A stretch of DNA of 63,781 nt from a virus (taxonomy: Duplodnaviria > Caudoviricetes), in the IMG/VR virus record IMGVR_UViG_3300038309_000160, positions 1 through 63,781 of that record, one strand, 5' to 3'. Shown here piece after piece: positions 1 through 10,013 of the stretch; positions within the stretch are counted from its first letter, which is position 1, and each line of letters begins with the position of its first letter. Under the pieces are notes generated by a model. That model was not told the DNA's origin. It searched no databases and worked only from the letters and a program-made list of their open reading frames with translations. The position numbers and the translations under genes are program-made.

Positions 1-99
1 AAGTGCCGTTGCTGTAAATAATGGAAACGTTGATATTGAAACATTAACTGCTTTAAAAAATAGTAAATTGGCTACTAACAACATTTCAAGAAAACTTTT
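1..99. repeat. Terminal direct repeat, identical to 63683-63781 (circular assembly overlap)
   Basis: The first 99 nt are identical to the last 99 nt, and an ORF reads through the junction. Confidence 0.95.
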
Positions 100-169
100 T
101 GATGTCAAGGCTGCTTGTTCTGATGAAATGGAATGTTCAGTCTGGCGCGGTGGTGTACAAATTTATTAA
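2..169 (+). CDS. C-terminal end of the tail nozzle-like protein that starts at 62523 and wraps the origin
   Basis: The frame continues across the overlap as SAVAVNNG...VWRGGVQIY and stops at TAA 167-169. Confidence 0.8.
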   Translation, partial: SAVAVNNGNVDIETLTALKNSKLATNNISRKLFDVKAACSDEMECSVWRGGVQIY

Positions 170-183
170 AAGGAGTAAAAATT

Positions 184-831
184 ATGTTTACTATGAAACA
201 AAAAATTGATCAAATGGCTCTTGCTGTAAAGAAAGAGTTTGAGGCTAAAGGAAAAAGAGTTATTTCACTCGATGATATTACAGAAATTGCTTATGCTCTA
301 AAGCATCGGTTGGAATCTAATCTTCAGGTGCATGCGAATTGGTTTACTGAGCATTTCAGGGGTGGAAAACTCCTAGAAGCTAATGACCAGGGAAGTAATC
401 TTTTTACCACTGAAGGCATGAACTTTATCTTGAATGAGGTTTTTAATGCTGGAGGTGCTTGTACTGGTGATTTGTATGTAAATATTTTTGATCAGAATGT
501 AACACCTGCTGCTGGAGATACTGCTTCAGCTAAATTAGGTGCAGCTGGTACTTATGGAGAACTCCAAGCAACTACTGAAATGGATGAAACAGCTCGTCAA
601 GCATATACTGTTGCTGCTGCATCTTCGGCTAATGTAACTAATACAGCTAATAAAGCAGTATTTACAATTGCTGCAACGCGCACTATCTATGGTGGTTTTA
701 TTGTTACAGATTCTGATCCTACATCTACTGCAGGAAAGCTCATTTGTGCCAAGGCTTTTACTGCTAGTCGTTCAGTTGTAGATGATGATGTGTTGAATAT
801 TTTGATTTCTCTTACTATGACGTCTTCTTAA
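184..831 (+). CDS. Virion structural/tail protein (215 aa; probable start ATG 184)
   Basis: AAGGAG RBS ends at 175. Ala/Thr/Gly-rich beta-type sequence (NLFTTEG..FILN, FTASRSVVDDDVLNI) typical of tail-associated proteins. Confidence 0.6.
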   Translation: MFTMKQKIDQMALAVKKEFEAKGKRVISLDDITEIAYALKHRLESNLQVHANWFTEHFRGGKLLEANDQGSNLFTTEGMNFILNEVFNAGGACTGDLYVNIFDQNVTPAAGDTASAKLGAAGTYGELQATTEMDETARQAYTVAAASSANVTNTANKAVFTIAATRTIYGGFIVTDSDPTSTAGKLICAKAFTASRSVVDDDVLNILISLTMTSS

Positions 832-842
832 TTGATGTAATT

Positions 843-2477
843 ATGCCTCGTAAGAATTTTGAAAATATCGGTACGTTACAGGATTATGAGTATCTAAAAG
901 GAGTTATCACTGATACTCCGGATACAATTAATGATACCTGTACTGTCCAAATTAAGGTGGCCGGAAAAGACACCAATGGGAGTATTGTTCTTAGGGATGT
1001 TGAATTTCCGGCCACACCGATATTTTATCATTGTTCTGAAGATGCTGTTGAAAGAGAAAACGGTGCTCTTGAAGGTGCCGCAGCAGGATTTGCTCAAGAT
1101 GATGAAGTTATTGTTTTAAAACAATGTACAGGGACTTCTCCAAATATTTTTGTGATTGGTCATATAGATGGAATTAAAAGATGTGGATTTCATATAATTA
1201 TTGGTTTTCAACTTTGGAACTGGTCTACTAATGCTAATGATTATGTCTATTGGTGTCCAGAAACTCAACAACAGTATGAGCTTTTATCTCCAATAGATGA
1301 TACTATTTTAACACAACCTTTTTCAGATAGCAGTCTTAGTTCTTTAGGAACAACACATCAAGAAGTTCTTGAATATAATAATTTATGGAATAAAATAATT
1401 TCTTCCATTCGTACAGCAGATATGTTACAAGGAGAAAATTCTAATGCTTCTTTAGCCTATCCTGATCCTGGGATAAAGACTTCTGAAAAACTTCATGATA
1501 AAATAACCTGTGGAACTCCTTTTTATTTCGAAGAAGAAGAAAAATGGTGTTTTCCAACGACAGGAAGTTATTGTTATCAAGATACTGAAACGGCTACTGG
1601 AGTATTTGTTCCAGGAGTAACACCTGATCCACTTGTTTACAGAGAAAATGATTTTATTGCTTCTGCTAGTATGTCTGGTATTAAGATTACAAAAACTGGT
1701 AGAATACAAGGATTTTATCATATAAATTGTGCTGGTAGTTGTTCACCTGTAGGTGCTCCTGATTTTGATAATTCGTATCATGCTATTGAACAAAAAGATA
1801 CTTCTTTTTATATAAAACAATATTTACGTTATTTTTCATCTTATCTTGTTGCATTATCTGGATCAGTTACTAATAAAGATGATTCAACTATACTAGATCT
1901 TGCACTTATTGAAGGTAATTCTTCAATAAATTCAACAGTCGATCAAGAAGATGAAGAAGATGCATCATATTCAAATAGTATGTCATTAATAGCTACAATT
2001 ACATCTTTTAATGGACATACAGAAAGTAAAAGTTATAGTGCAGGAAATTCTTTACCAATTATTTTTACTCCTCAAGTATTTTATAGTCCTTATTTATCTT
2101 CTCGTTTTTATGGTGGTTATAATTATAAAACAGATACATATTTTTTTCTTTATATAGAGTTAATAGGACTTCTTTTAGGAAATGAAACTTTTGAAAGATC
2201 TTCAAATAAGATATTGTTAAATAGTTTTTGTCATATTTCAAAAACGTGTAATTATACTCTTTATAAATATACTCTTGTTTTTGCACCAGAAAATTTTACA
2301 AGTGTCAATATAGATTCTGTTTATACACTTTTTGGAACAACTAAAGCTGCTAGAGAGGCTGCAGCAATAACACAAACTGATGCTTATATTGCATTATATA
2401 GGGATAATTGGTATAAACATTTATTACGTGATGCTGGTTTACAAGTTTATAAAGTAATCAATGCAACTTCATTATAA
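843..2477 (+). CDS. Putative tail/baseplate-like structural protein
   Basis: 544-aa ORF in the structural operon; the N-terminal ~115 aa look OB-fold-like (CTVQI...DDEVIVL...FVIGHIDG). Confidence 0.5.
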   Translation: MPRKNFENIGTLQDYEYLKGVITDTPDTINDTCTVQIKVAGKDTNGSIVLRDVEFPATPIFYHCSEDAVERENGALEGAAAGFAQDDEVIVLKQCTGTSPNIFVIGHIDGIKRCGFHIIIGFQLWNWSTNANDYVYWCPETQQQYELLSPIDDTILTQPFSDSSLSSLGTTHQEVLEYNNLWNKIISSIRTADMLQGENSNASLAYPDPGIKTSEKLHDKITCGTPFYFEEEEKWCFPTTGSYCYQDTETATGVFVPGVTPDPLVYRENDFIASASMSGIKITKTGRIQGFYHINCAGSCSPVGAPDFDNSYHAIEQKDTSFYIKQYLRYFSSYLVALSGSVTNKDDSTILDLALIEGNSSINSTVDQEDEEDASYSNSMSLIATITSFNGHTESKSYSAGNSLPIIFTPQVFYSPYLSSRFYGGYNYKTDTYFFLYIELIGLLLGNETFERSSNKILLNSFCHISKTCNYTLYKYTLVFAPENFTSVNIDSVYTLFGTTKAAREAAAITQTDAYIALYRDNWYKHLLRDAGLQVYKVINATSL

Positions 2478-2492
2478 AGGTATTCAAATTTC

Positions 2493-4565
2493 ATGCCTTC
2501 TATAACATCATATATTACTTCTGGTGCAGATGACGGTTATCTTAATACAGATACGGAAACTGTAGTAGCTGGAGATAATGAGTGTCTACTTGGTTATGAT
2601 GGAGATATAGATTATCTTGCTTTTTTTCGTTTCTCTTCTGTTAATATACCTAAAAATGCAAAAATTACTTCTGCATATCTTAAATTTACTGCATATAGTG
2701 ATTCTGGTACAAATGTACTTAATACGACTATTTATTATGCTGAAGAAGATAATCCATCAGTACCTGCAACATATGCTGGCTTTGACGTACTTTATTGGAC
2801 TGGTGTTGCTTGGAATGGAATTACTGCTTGGTTAGATGGAACACAGTATGAATCCGCTACTATTGCTTCTCTTATTCAAGATATTGTTAATAGAGAAGGT
2901 TGGGTACGCGGAAATGCTATGTTATTTCTAATAGAACCTTCTGGTGCTACTACTGCTATGCGTAGTATAAGTAGTTATGATTTTACTTCTAGTGAAAAAG
3001 CAGAACTTCATATTACTTATGATATTATTGAAGAACTTGAAGATGAGTTTAATTCAGAAGAAGCTATAAATGCAACTGGTATTTTTGATAAAGATTTAGA
3101 AGATTCTAATAATTTTGAAGATCTTGTTAGTTCTACAGGAACTTTTAATGGCTCAACTTTAGCAGATTCTTTTAATTCAACTGATTTATCTACTTTAGGC
3201 TTTTTGTATGAAAAAAGTTTATCTGATAACTTTAATGGAGAAGTTTTATTAAATAAAATTTTATATATAAGTATGTTTTTTGTTGATGCAATTGATTCTA
3301 TTGAAACAATAACTGCTTACAAACCTGTATATGAATCTATTCTTGATTCTCTTTTTATATGGGATAATATTAAATCACAATGGCAATTAAATCTTTCAGA
3401 TGGTAGTGCTCTTACAGATTCATCAACTATTTATTTATTAATGGTTTTAAATGATTATTTATTTACTATCGATGCTTTAAGTTCTCAATATAATGGAAAA
3501 ACAATTTTATCTGACTCACTTCATTCTAAAGATTCTATATCTTGGTTAGCTGTAATTAACCGATCTCTTTCTGATGGATTGGCTGCTACTGATTCATTTA
3601 CACCAATTTTAACTTTAATGGTTATTGAATATTTAGCTGCTAAAGATACAGTTATAGCATCAGGAAATTTTAATAAAAGCATTATAGACACAGTTAAAGC
3701 AACAGACTCAATGGTGTCACAATGGTTATTATCATTAGTTGATTCTTTTACTAGTACTGATGCAATTAGTCAATTAAAATTTATTGTTAAATCTCTTGCT
3801 GATGGTATAACAATTTCTGATGTTTTCAGCAGTGTTGGTACTTTTAATATATCTATTGAAGAAAGTGCTCGAATTGTTGAAATGCTTCAAAATGGTTATG
3901 GATTAAGCTTTTCAGATAGCTTGGCAGGAACGACTACTTTTAGTAGCTTGGCTGATTTATATAATACTTTATCAGAATCTATGACAGCAACTGATGCAAT
4001 TACTGCTAGTCTTGTAGCATATTTATCTATTTCTGATAATGCTGTAATTGTAGATTCTTTATCAAGTAATGGTGTCCTATATAATACGCTTACAGAAGCA
4101 GTTAAACTTAACATTCTTATTGAGATTGATGCAGATATTTATGAATGTTGGGTATTGAACACACCGCAATTCTATCCATCTGTTTATTCTGGATTTAACT
4201 TTAATTCTTATGCAGTTTTTAATAATCGAATTTTTGCTGCAAATTCAACTGGCGTTTTTGAATTAACTGGAACTACAGATAATGGAACTACTATTCATTC
4301 TGGCGTACAATTTCAAGAGACTGATTTTGGAACTTCGGCAAAGAAACGAATTCGTAAGGGTTTTCTTGGTATATCAGGTACAACTCCAGTAATGAGTATG
4401 GAAGAAACAAATACAGACACTAAGCGAACTTATACAATTTCTGAAAAAGGTGAAGTTTCTTCAGCTAGAGATATTGTAGGTAAACGCTGGAAAATGTCTG
4501 TTATGGATTTTGATACATTAGACTCAGTTCAACTGGTTCCAATTGTTTTAACACCGAGGCGATAA
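2493..4565 (+). CDS. Tail fibre/shaft-like protein with N-terminal DNRLRE/disaggregatase-like domain and acidic repeats
   Basis: FFRFSSVNIPKNAKITSAYLKFTA motif, followed by many ~20-aa repeats of the type LSDxxxxTDS. Confidence 0.55.
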   Translation: MPSITSYITSGADDGYLNTDTETVVAGDNECLLGYDGDIDYLAFFRFSSVNIPKNAKITSAYLKFTAYSDSGTNVLNTTIYYAEEDNPSVPATYAGFDVLYWTGVAWNGITAWLDGTQYESATIASLIQDIVNREGWVRGNAMLFLIEPSGATTAMRSISSYDFTSSEKAELHITYDIIEELEDEFNSEEAINATGIFDKDLEDSNNFEDLVSSTGTFNGSTLADSFNSTDLSTLGFLYEKSLSDNFNGEVLLNKILYISMFFVDAIDSIETITAYKPVYESILDSLFIWDNIKSQWQLNLSDGSALTDSSTIYLLMVLNDYLFTIDALSSQYNGKTILSDSLHSKDSISWLAVINRSLSDGLAATDSFTPILTLMVIEYLAAKDTVIASGNFNKSIIDTVKATDSMVSQWLLSLVDSFTSTDAISQLKFIVKSLADGITISDVFSSVGTFNISIEESARIVEMLQNGYGLSFSDSLAGTTTFSSLADLYNTLSESMTATDAITASLVAYLSISDNAVIVDSLSSNGVLYNTLTEAVKLNILIEIDADIYECWVLNTPQFYPSVYSGFNFNSYAVFNNRIFAANSTGVFELTGTTDNGTTIHSGVQFQETDFGTSAKKRIRKGFLGISGTTPVMSMEETNTDTKRTYTISEKGEVSSARDIVGKRWKMSVMDFDTLDSVQLVPIVLTPRR

Positions 4566-6175
4566 TGACAACTGAACAGTTTATAAGAGATAAAACTAAA
4601 GTTATGACTAACTTTTTTAGAGAATGTCGAGCTTTAGAAAGTGCTATTGCTGGGCGTGGTTTTTCATTTGAACCTGGATTTATGTATTCTTTTATAAATA
4701 ATCTTGAAATTGACACTAAACAAAAGTTATCTGATATAAATTTTCAATTGTTAGAACAAGCTGTTGAAAGAGAATTAAAAGAAGCACGAATTGATTATGA
4801 TATAGCTTTCAAGACAGCTGTTATTGCTTGGGAACTTGAAAAGCAGGAGCTGATTTCTGCCTGGGCTGAGGAATTAGCTCTGCTTAAGATGGAAGATTCT
4901 CAATCTGAAAATACAGTGAAAAGATATGCAATTGAAGTAGGTAAACGAGCTATTGAACTTATAAATGCTAAAACAGCTATTGCATTACAAATTGAAGCAT
5001 ATCAGAAACAGTTAGCTGAATTAGATGGTCAGCCAACTTCTTATGAAGTCCAGTTAGCTAATGCTAAATTACTTACGGCAAATAAAAAATTAGAATTGAT
5101 TCCTTATATTAGTCAACTTATCTCAGTTGAATGGAACATATTAGATAAGGATAAAATTCTTGCAAATAAAGAACTTGTTATTTCTGCTATGTTAATTCAA
5201 TTAGCTGCTAAAGATGTTTTAATAGCTAATAAACTTAATGAGTTAATTAATAGAAAAAATGATATTTTATCTGCCGAGGAAAACTTACTTACTGCTAAAA
5301 CAAATCTTTTAACGGCCTTAAATACTAAAGTGGATGCTGAGGAAGATTTAATTACTGCAGAAGAAGCAGCTCAGACTGTATGGACAACATCTGTTTATCC
5401 AGCTACACTTATACTCTTAGATACTATGGAAGAGTATATTGATGAATTGGCTATACAACTTGCTTTAGTTAATCAAATTGCCACGGTTAAAGCTGATACT
5501 GCTGATATTAAAACACTTGGACTTGCAAAACAAAAAGAAGTGTTAAGTGCTGAGTTTACATTAACATCAGCTCTTGAATCTTTAACTGCAATGTTATCTT
5601 TATTAGCTGATCATAAAGAAGAAGTTTTATCTCCTGCAATATCTGATTTAGTATCAAGTTTAACAACCTTTGTAAATGGAGGTTCTTTAGCTGAACAAAC
5701 AGCTTTAAAGATACAAATTGCTACAACTCGTGCTGCAATTTATGAATTAAGTGAACAAAAAGTTGATAAGGAAATAGAAGTTGCTACAGCAGAAGAATTA
5801 AAAAATGCTCAAAGAATACTTTTGGAAAATGCTCAATTTGCTATTGACTTATTGATAAGTAGTAACAAAATTGATTCAGCTAATCAAGCACTGGATAATA
5901 TAATTGAATTAGCAGGCTTATTAGATAGTCATAGAACAGATCTTTTAGCTGCCCGAGAAGCTGCTTTTAATAGCATTTCAAACTTTAAAAATCTTGAGGC
6001 GACTGAAAAACTTGCTATTTCAGTAGATAATCGTTTGGCTATTGAAGAAGAACAAAAAGATCATTATGGTGACATGGCTGATCTTTATAAAGAATATCAA
6101 GAAGATGATGCTGAAATTAGATTGGCAGCAGATACTATTACTGCACAACTTAATCATCTTTTAAGTCAGGATTAA
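4565..6175 (+). CDS. Long coiled-coil virion protein
   Basis: 536 aa, rich in A/E/L/K heptads; start overlaps the upstream stop. Confidence 0.55.
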   Translation: MTTEQFIRDKTKVMTNFFRECRALESAIAGRGFSFEPGFMYSFINNLEIDTKQKLSDINFQLLEQAVERELKEARIDYDIAFKTAVIAWELEKQELISAWAEELALLKMEDSQSENTVKRYAIEVGKRAIELINAKTAIALQIEAYQKQLAELDGQPTSYEVQLANAKLLTANKKLELIPYISQLISVEWNILDKDKILANKELVISAMLIQLAAKDVLIANKLNELINRKNDILSAEENLLTAKTNLLTALNTKVDAEEDLITAEEAAQTVWTTSVYPATLILLDTMEEYIDELAIQLALVNQIATVKADTADIKTLGLAKQKEVLSAEFTLTSALESLTAMLSLLADHKEEVLSPAISDLVSSLTTFVNGGSLAEQTALKIQIATTRAAIYELSEQKVDKEIEVATAEELKNAQRILLENAQFAIDLLISSNKIDSANQALDNIIELAGLLDSHRTDLLAAREAAFNSISNFKNLEATEKLAISVDNRLAIEEEQKDHYGDMADLYKEYQEDDAEIRLAADTITAQLNHLLSQD

Positions 6176-6178
6176 AAA

Positions 6179-7711
6179 ATGACTATTTTTGATGACTATG
6201 CTGTAAGAGAACAATCAATCTGGGAACCGTTCAGTACTTCTTTTCGTTTTTCTGATGAACAGGTTCAAGAAAGAGTTGTGCTTTTTGGACTTTTTTCAGG
6301 AACATATCTTAATAATATGGCCTATTTGGAATTTATTGATTCTTTTGAATTAGCTTTAATTGTTGATCAATATAATCAAAATATGGCTGAACTTGCTGCA
6401 GATGAACAAAAACTTGTAATTGATTTAGCTGCACAAAGATATGTTAATCAGATCAATAGACAAATTCTTCAAGGTGTTTTAGCTGTTGAAAGAACAAAAA
6501 TTGCTGCTGAAAGTGATGAATGGAGTGCTAAAATTTCTGCATTATCATCTGATTATGCTGCTCTTGAAACTTTGCAAACAAGACTATTAGCTAAACAAAA
6601 AATTATTTCTGCTAGAATTACTGAATTACAAGCAGCAATTACAATGGAAGGCATTGATTATCAATTTACAGCTGCTGAAGTTGAAGAAAAAGAAATAGCT
6701 GTTGAAAAAGCTAATGTTCAATTAACTTTAAAAGAAGCTCAAGAGTCTAGAAAAAATGCTGAGATTACTAATTTAGAAACAGACAGCATTAGAAAAGATG
6801 TTGAATTAGCAAATAAAGAACTTGAAATATCAGAAGCTGAGTTACGAGTTTTACAAATACAGCTTAATGAATCAGAAACAGAGTTACAAATAGTAAATAC
6901 TGATCTCGATGTTTCTAGGATACAACTTCAAGTTGTTGGAGCAGGGATTAAATCTCTTCAATATCAAAAAGAAGCAGCTGATGTGAAAATCAGAAATGCT
7001 GGTATTGAAGCAGATATTGCAAGAACAGCACATATTCAAGTGGATCTTGCTAATGCACAAATTGAAAATACTAATGCTGAAATTTCAAATGCTGAAAAAG
7101 ATTTAAGAATTGCTCAAATTAAAGAAGAAACAACAAGAACAAATTTACGTACAAAACAAGCAAGTATCGACTTCCTTGATGTTGATCGACAAGCAGCAAA
7201 TGCTAAAATTGATAAAGCTCATATTGAAGAAAAGATCGCTCAGACTGATGTTTTAGAAGCTGAAGCTGATGCTGAAAATGCTCGATATAATGGTGAACTT
7301 GCTTCATTAGCCTTATATGATTCTAAGATAAGAATAATTGAATCAGAAACAGATCTTCTTGAAACAAAAACAGAAAATGCTTCTACAGAGTTAAATAATA
7401 TTGAAACTCTTCATGAAGTTGAAACATCTGTTAATAATGCTAGACAACAAGAACGTATTGATGAAGAGACGTTCTCTTATAATATGCGCAAAGCTGATTA
7501 TAATGAAAGAGTTGATTCAGCAGAAGATGATTTGACACTTACACAAGAAAGTAGAACATTATTAGAAAGTGTTAAAGATGCTGAAATAGAGACTATCAAT
7601 GCAAGAGAAGATGCACAAGAAAAAGAATATGAGGCTAATTTAAAACATCTTGAAAGAATTTTGGGTGCTCAACTTGTTACAACTCTTAGCCATTCTATAA
7701 GTGCTGAATAA
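6179..7711 (+). CDS. Long coiled-coil virion protein
   Basis: 510 aa with a strong 7/14-residue pattern (ELEISEAELRVLQIQLNESETELQIV). Confidence 0.55.
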   Translation: MTIFDDYAVREQSIWEPFSTSFRFSDEQVQERVVLFGLFSGTYLNNMAYLEFIDSFELALIVDQYNQNMAELAADEQKLVIDLAAQRYVNQINRQILQGVLAVERTKIAAESDEWSAKISALSSDYAALETLQTRLLAKQKIISARITELQAAITMEGIDYQFTAAEVEEKEIAVEKANVQLTLKEAQESRKNAEITNLETDSIRKDVELANKELEISEAELRVLQIQLNESETELQIVNTDLDVSRIQLQVVGAGIKSLQYQKEAADVKIRNAGIEADIARTAHIQVDLANAQIENTNAEISNAEKDLRIAQIKEETTRTNLRTKQASIDFLDVDRQAANAKIDKAHIEEKIAQTDVLEAEADAENARYNGELASLALYDSKIRIIESETDLLETKTENASTELNNIETLHEVETSVNNARQQERIDEETFSYNMRKADYNERVDSAEDDLTLTQESRTLLESVKDAEIETINAREDAQEKEYEANLKHLERILGAQLVTTLSHSISAE

Positions 7712-7713
7712 AA

Positions 7714-8976
7714 ATGGATGCTTTAGATAGATTAAGATTAAATATAAAGAAAGGCCTTTCTGGGACAGGTGCCTTATTTGGAGAACTTCCAGATCATCGT
7801 GAAAAAAGTACTGTTACAACATTAGAACCTGGGGATCTCATTATCCGAGATGCTAATGGTAATGTTATTTTTGAATTAACTGCTCCTATTGCATATGATC
7901 TTTGGTATTTAACAACTATAGTGAATATGTTATCAATTGAGGATGATTCTTTAACTTCAATTTCTGAAGAATATTTGTCTGGCCCATTATCTTTTTTTAC
8001 TGATGATCTTGGAGGAATAAAACCTCTTTCTTTTATTCCAGATTTACGAGCTTTAGCTTATGGATCAGCTTGGGGTGGGAGGTCAATTGGAGCTAATTGG
8101 AATAACTATACCAAATTTTTTATTCACTTAATGCCTTTTGAAAATTGGCTTACTGGATTAAAAGAACAATACAGCTCCAAAGGACCTAATCCAGATAAAG
8201 GTTTTGTTCGTAATGATGTTGTTTGTTATTTTGCTTTTCCTGTTGGTCAGCTTGGTGCAATGGAAGTAATTTCAATTTTTTGTTATAGTGATATTGAAAA
8301 TCTTAATTTAACTAATGATCTTAAACCAAATGCTGATATGAATCAAGGTCATGGATTATTTCCACCTATTGATAGTTATACTGGGAAAAATAATTGTATT
8401 GGACGACATCTTATTGAAAGTGGTTACTTGGTTAATGATTTAAATAAACGTGGCGTTGAACTAATGGCTCAACCTTATCCAGAAAGTGCTTATGAATATT
8501 CTGATAATAAGCCAAATTTTTGGATGCGTTTCTGGGTTCATGGAAACGAGACTTGGCCAGTTCCTGGTGATTTTGTTATGATTATTTGTAAAGCTTTAGC
8601 ATTACCACCACATATATGGTGGTTTCAAAAAACAAATCCTTTTGTTTATGCTGGTAATTGGTTTGAGACAAGTAATTTAACCGGCGGTGAGATTACAGCA
8701 GTTACTTTAGAAGAAGATAGAACAGATGATGGAATTGGTAATCTTTATACAGTAAAAGTCCAAGGAAGAGAAATAAATATAAACGCCAGTGATTTCCTTG
8801 AATATTCTGTAGGTGATTGGGTTGGTGTTCTTAAAGTGGCTTCTGTAACTGAAGAACCTAAGACAACTTCTTTTTGCTGGCTAGATCAAACTCGGATAAC
8901 TGAGGATGATGTAGATCAATTTTTTGATAATGATCAATATGTTATTGTGCCAATAACTTTTTATGATGGAGTGTAA
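7714..8976 (+). CDS. Structural protein with C-terminal OB-fold-like segment
   Basis: 420-aa ORF; GEITAV...YTVKVQG...YSVGDWVGVLK pattern. Confidence 0.45.
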   Translation: MDALDRLRLNIKKGLSGTGALFGELPDHREKSTVTTLEPGDLIIRDANGNVIFELTAPIAYDLWYLTTIVNMLSIEDDSLTSISEEYLSGPLSFFTDDLGGIKPLSFIPDLRALAYGSAWGGRSIGANWNNYTKFFIHLMPFENWLTGLKEQYSSKGPNPDKGFVRNDVVCYFAFPVGQLGAMEVISIFCYSDIENLNLTNDLKPNADMNQGHGLFPPIDSYTGKNNCIGRHLIESGYLVNDLNKRGVELMAQPYPESAYEYSDNKPNFWMRFWVHGNETWPVPGDFVMIICKALALPPHIWWFQKTNPFVYAGNWFETSNLTGGEITAVTLEEDRTDDGIGNLYTVKVQGREININASDFLEYSVGDWVGVLKVASVTEEPKTTSFCWLDQTRITEDDVDQFFDNDQYVIVPITFYDGV

Positions 8977-8978
8977 TT

Positions 8979-10001
8979 ATGGCTAGTAATTTTGATAGAA
9001 CCTTAAGTCAAATGGAATCAACAGTTCGTCGTTTAGCTAATGAAAAAAGTGCCCGAAAAGAAAGAGAAGAAAAATTAGCTTTACATAATCTAGCCACGGC
9101 ACGACAAAATGCTAATTCTGATCGCTTGAGAAATCTTGGTTTGGCTAATCAGGAAATAATCAATCGTGGACATTTAGCTAATGCTGCTTTGCAACGTGAG
9201 CATGATCTTGGTGCATTAGAGACTGGGCGAATAACTCCTGAACAGTTTAATATTCGTCATGGTGGAAATGTTAATAGTGAAAAAGTAGCTCTTGCTGAAG
9301 AAAGAACTATTAACGATGCTTATAATACTTATCTTGGAAAAATGGAAAATATAGATCCGAAAACTGGCAGGCATTTAAATAGAGAAGAATTTAAAAGTCA
9401 ATATTTTCCTAAAACTACTGCAATTGGAAGTAATACACCATTAGCTAAAATTGGTACTAATGATATTACTGAAACATCAGAACCTAATGTTGGTTATGGT
9501 AAGAGATCTTTTACCAATGTTTCTCCTAAAGTAAAAGGTGTTGAAGGTTGGGCTATTGTTAATGGTGAAAAAATTCGTGTAATACGTGGAGAAGATAATA
9601 ATTTTTATAATGCTTCTGATGGAGCACTTATTTCAGGACAAAAAACTGATGAAGTTGCTCCAGTTCCACAAAAGACTAATGAAAAGCCTAGAAGATTTCC
9701 AATACCAAAAGCTACTCAAGAAATGACTCAAGAGGTAGAAAAAAATCCTTTTACAGACAAAGATCCACGTTACAATATAAATGATCTTACACAAAAATAT
9801 ACAAAAATATTCAATGGTGTTGGTCCTTATGATGGAAACATTTATGGGAAGACTTCAGATGGCAAAGTACAATTGATTCTCAATAAGCAAGAACAAAATC
9901 AGCCTAGTCTTATAAATCCTGAAACAGGTGAGCCTGTAAGAAATCCAAAATATGATCAATATATGGAAATCTTGAATTATATAAATCAAAATAATAATTA
10001 A
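8979..10001 (+). CDS. Putative internal virion/ejection protein
   Basis: 340 aa with an N/Q/R-rich helical N-terminus, directly upstream of the giant virion protein. Confidence 0.45.
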   Translation: MASNFDRTLSQMESTVRRLANEKSARKEREEKLALHNLATARQNANSDRLRNLGLANQEIINRGHLANAALQREHDLGALETGRITPEQFNIRHGGNVNSEKVALAEERTINDAYNTYLGKMENIDPKTGRHLNREEFKSQYFPKTTAIGSNTPLAKIGTNDITETSEPNVGYGKRSFTNVSPKVKGVEGWAIVNGEKIRVIRGEDNNFYNASDGALISGQKTDEVAPVPQKTNEKPRRFPIPKATQEMTQEVEKNPFTDKDPRYNINDLTQKYTKIFNGVGPYDGNIYGKTSDGKVQLILNKQEQNQPSLINPETGEPVRNPKYDQYMEILNYINQNNN

Positions 10002-10013
10002 AAGGCTAGTTAT

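Noticed and set aside
1-99. 99-bp terminal repeat as a biological terminal repeat
   Set aside because: It falls mid-gene and its length matches a common assembler k-mer, so it is best read as circular overlap.
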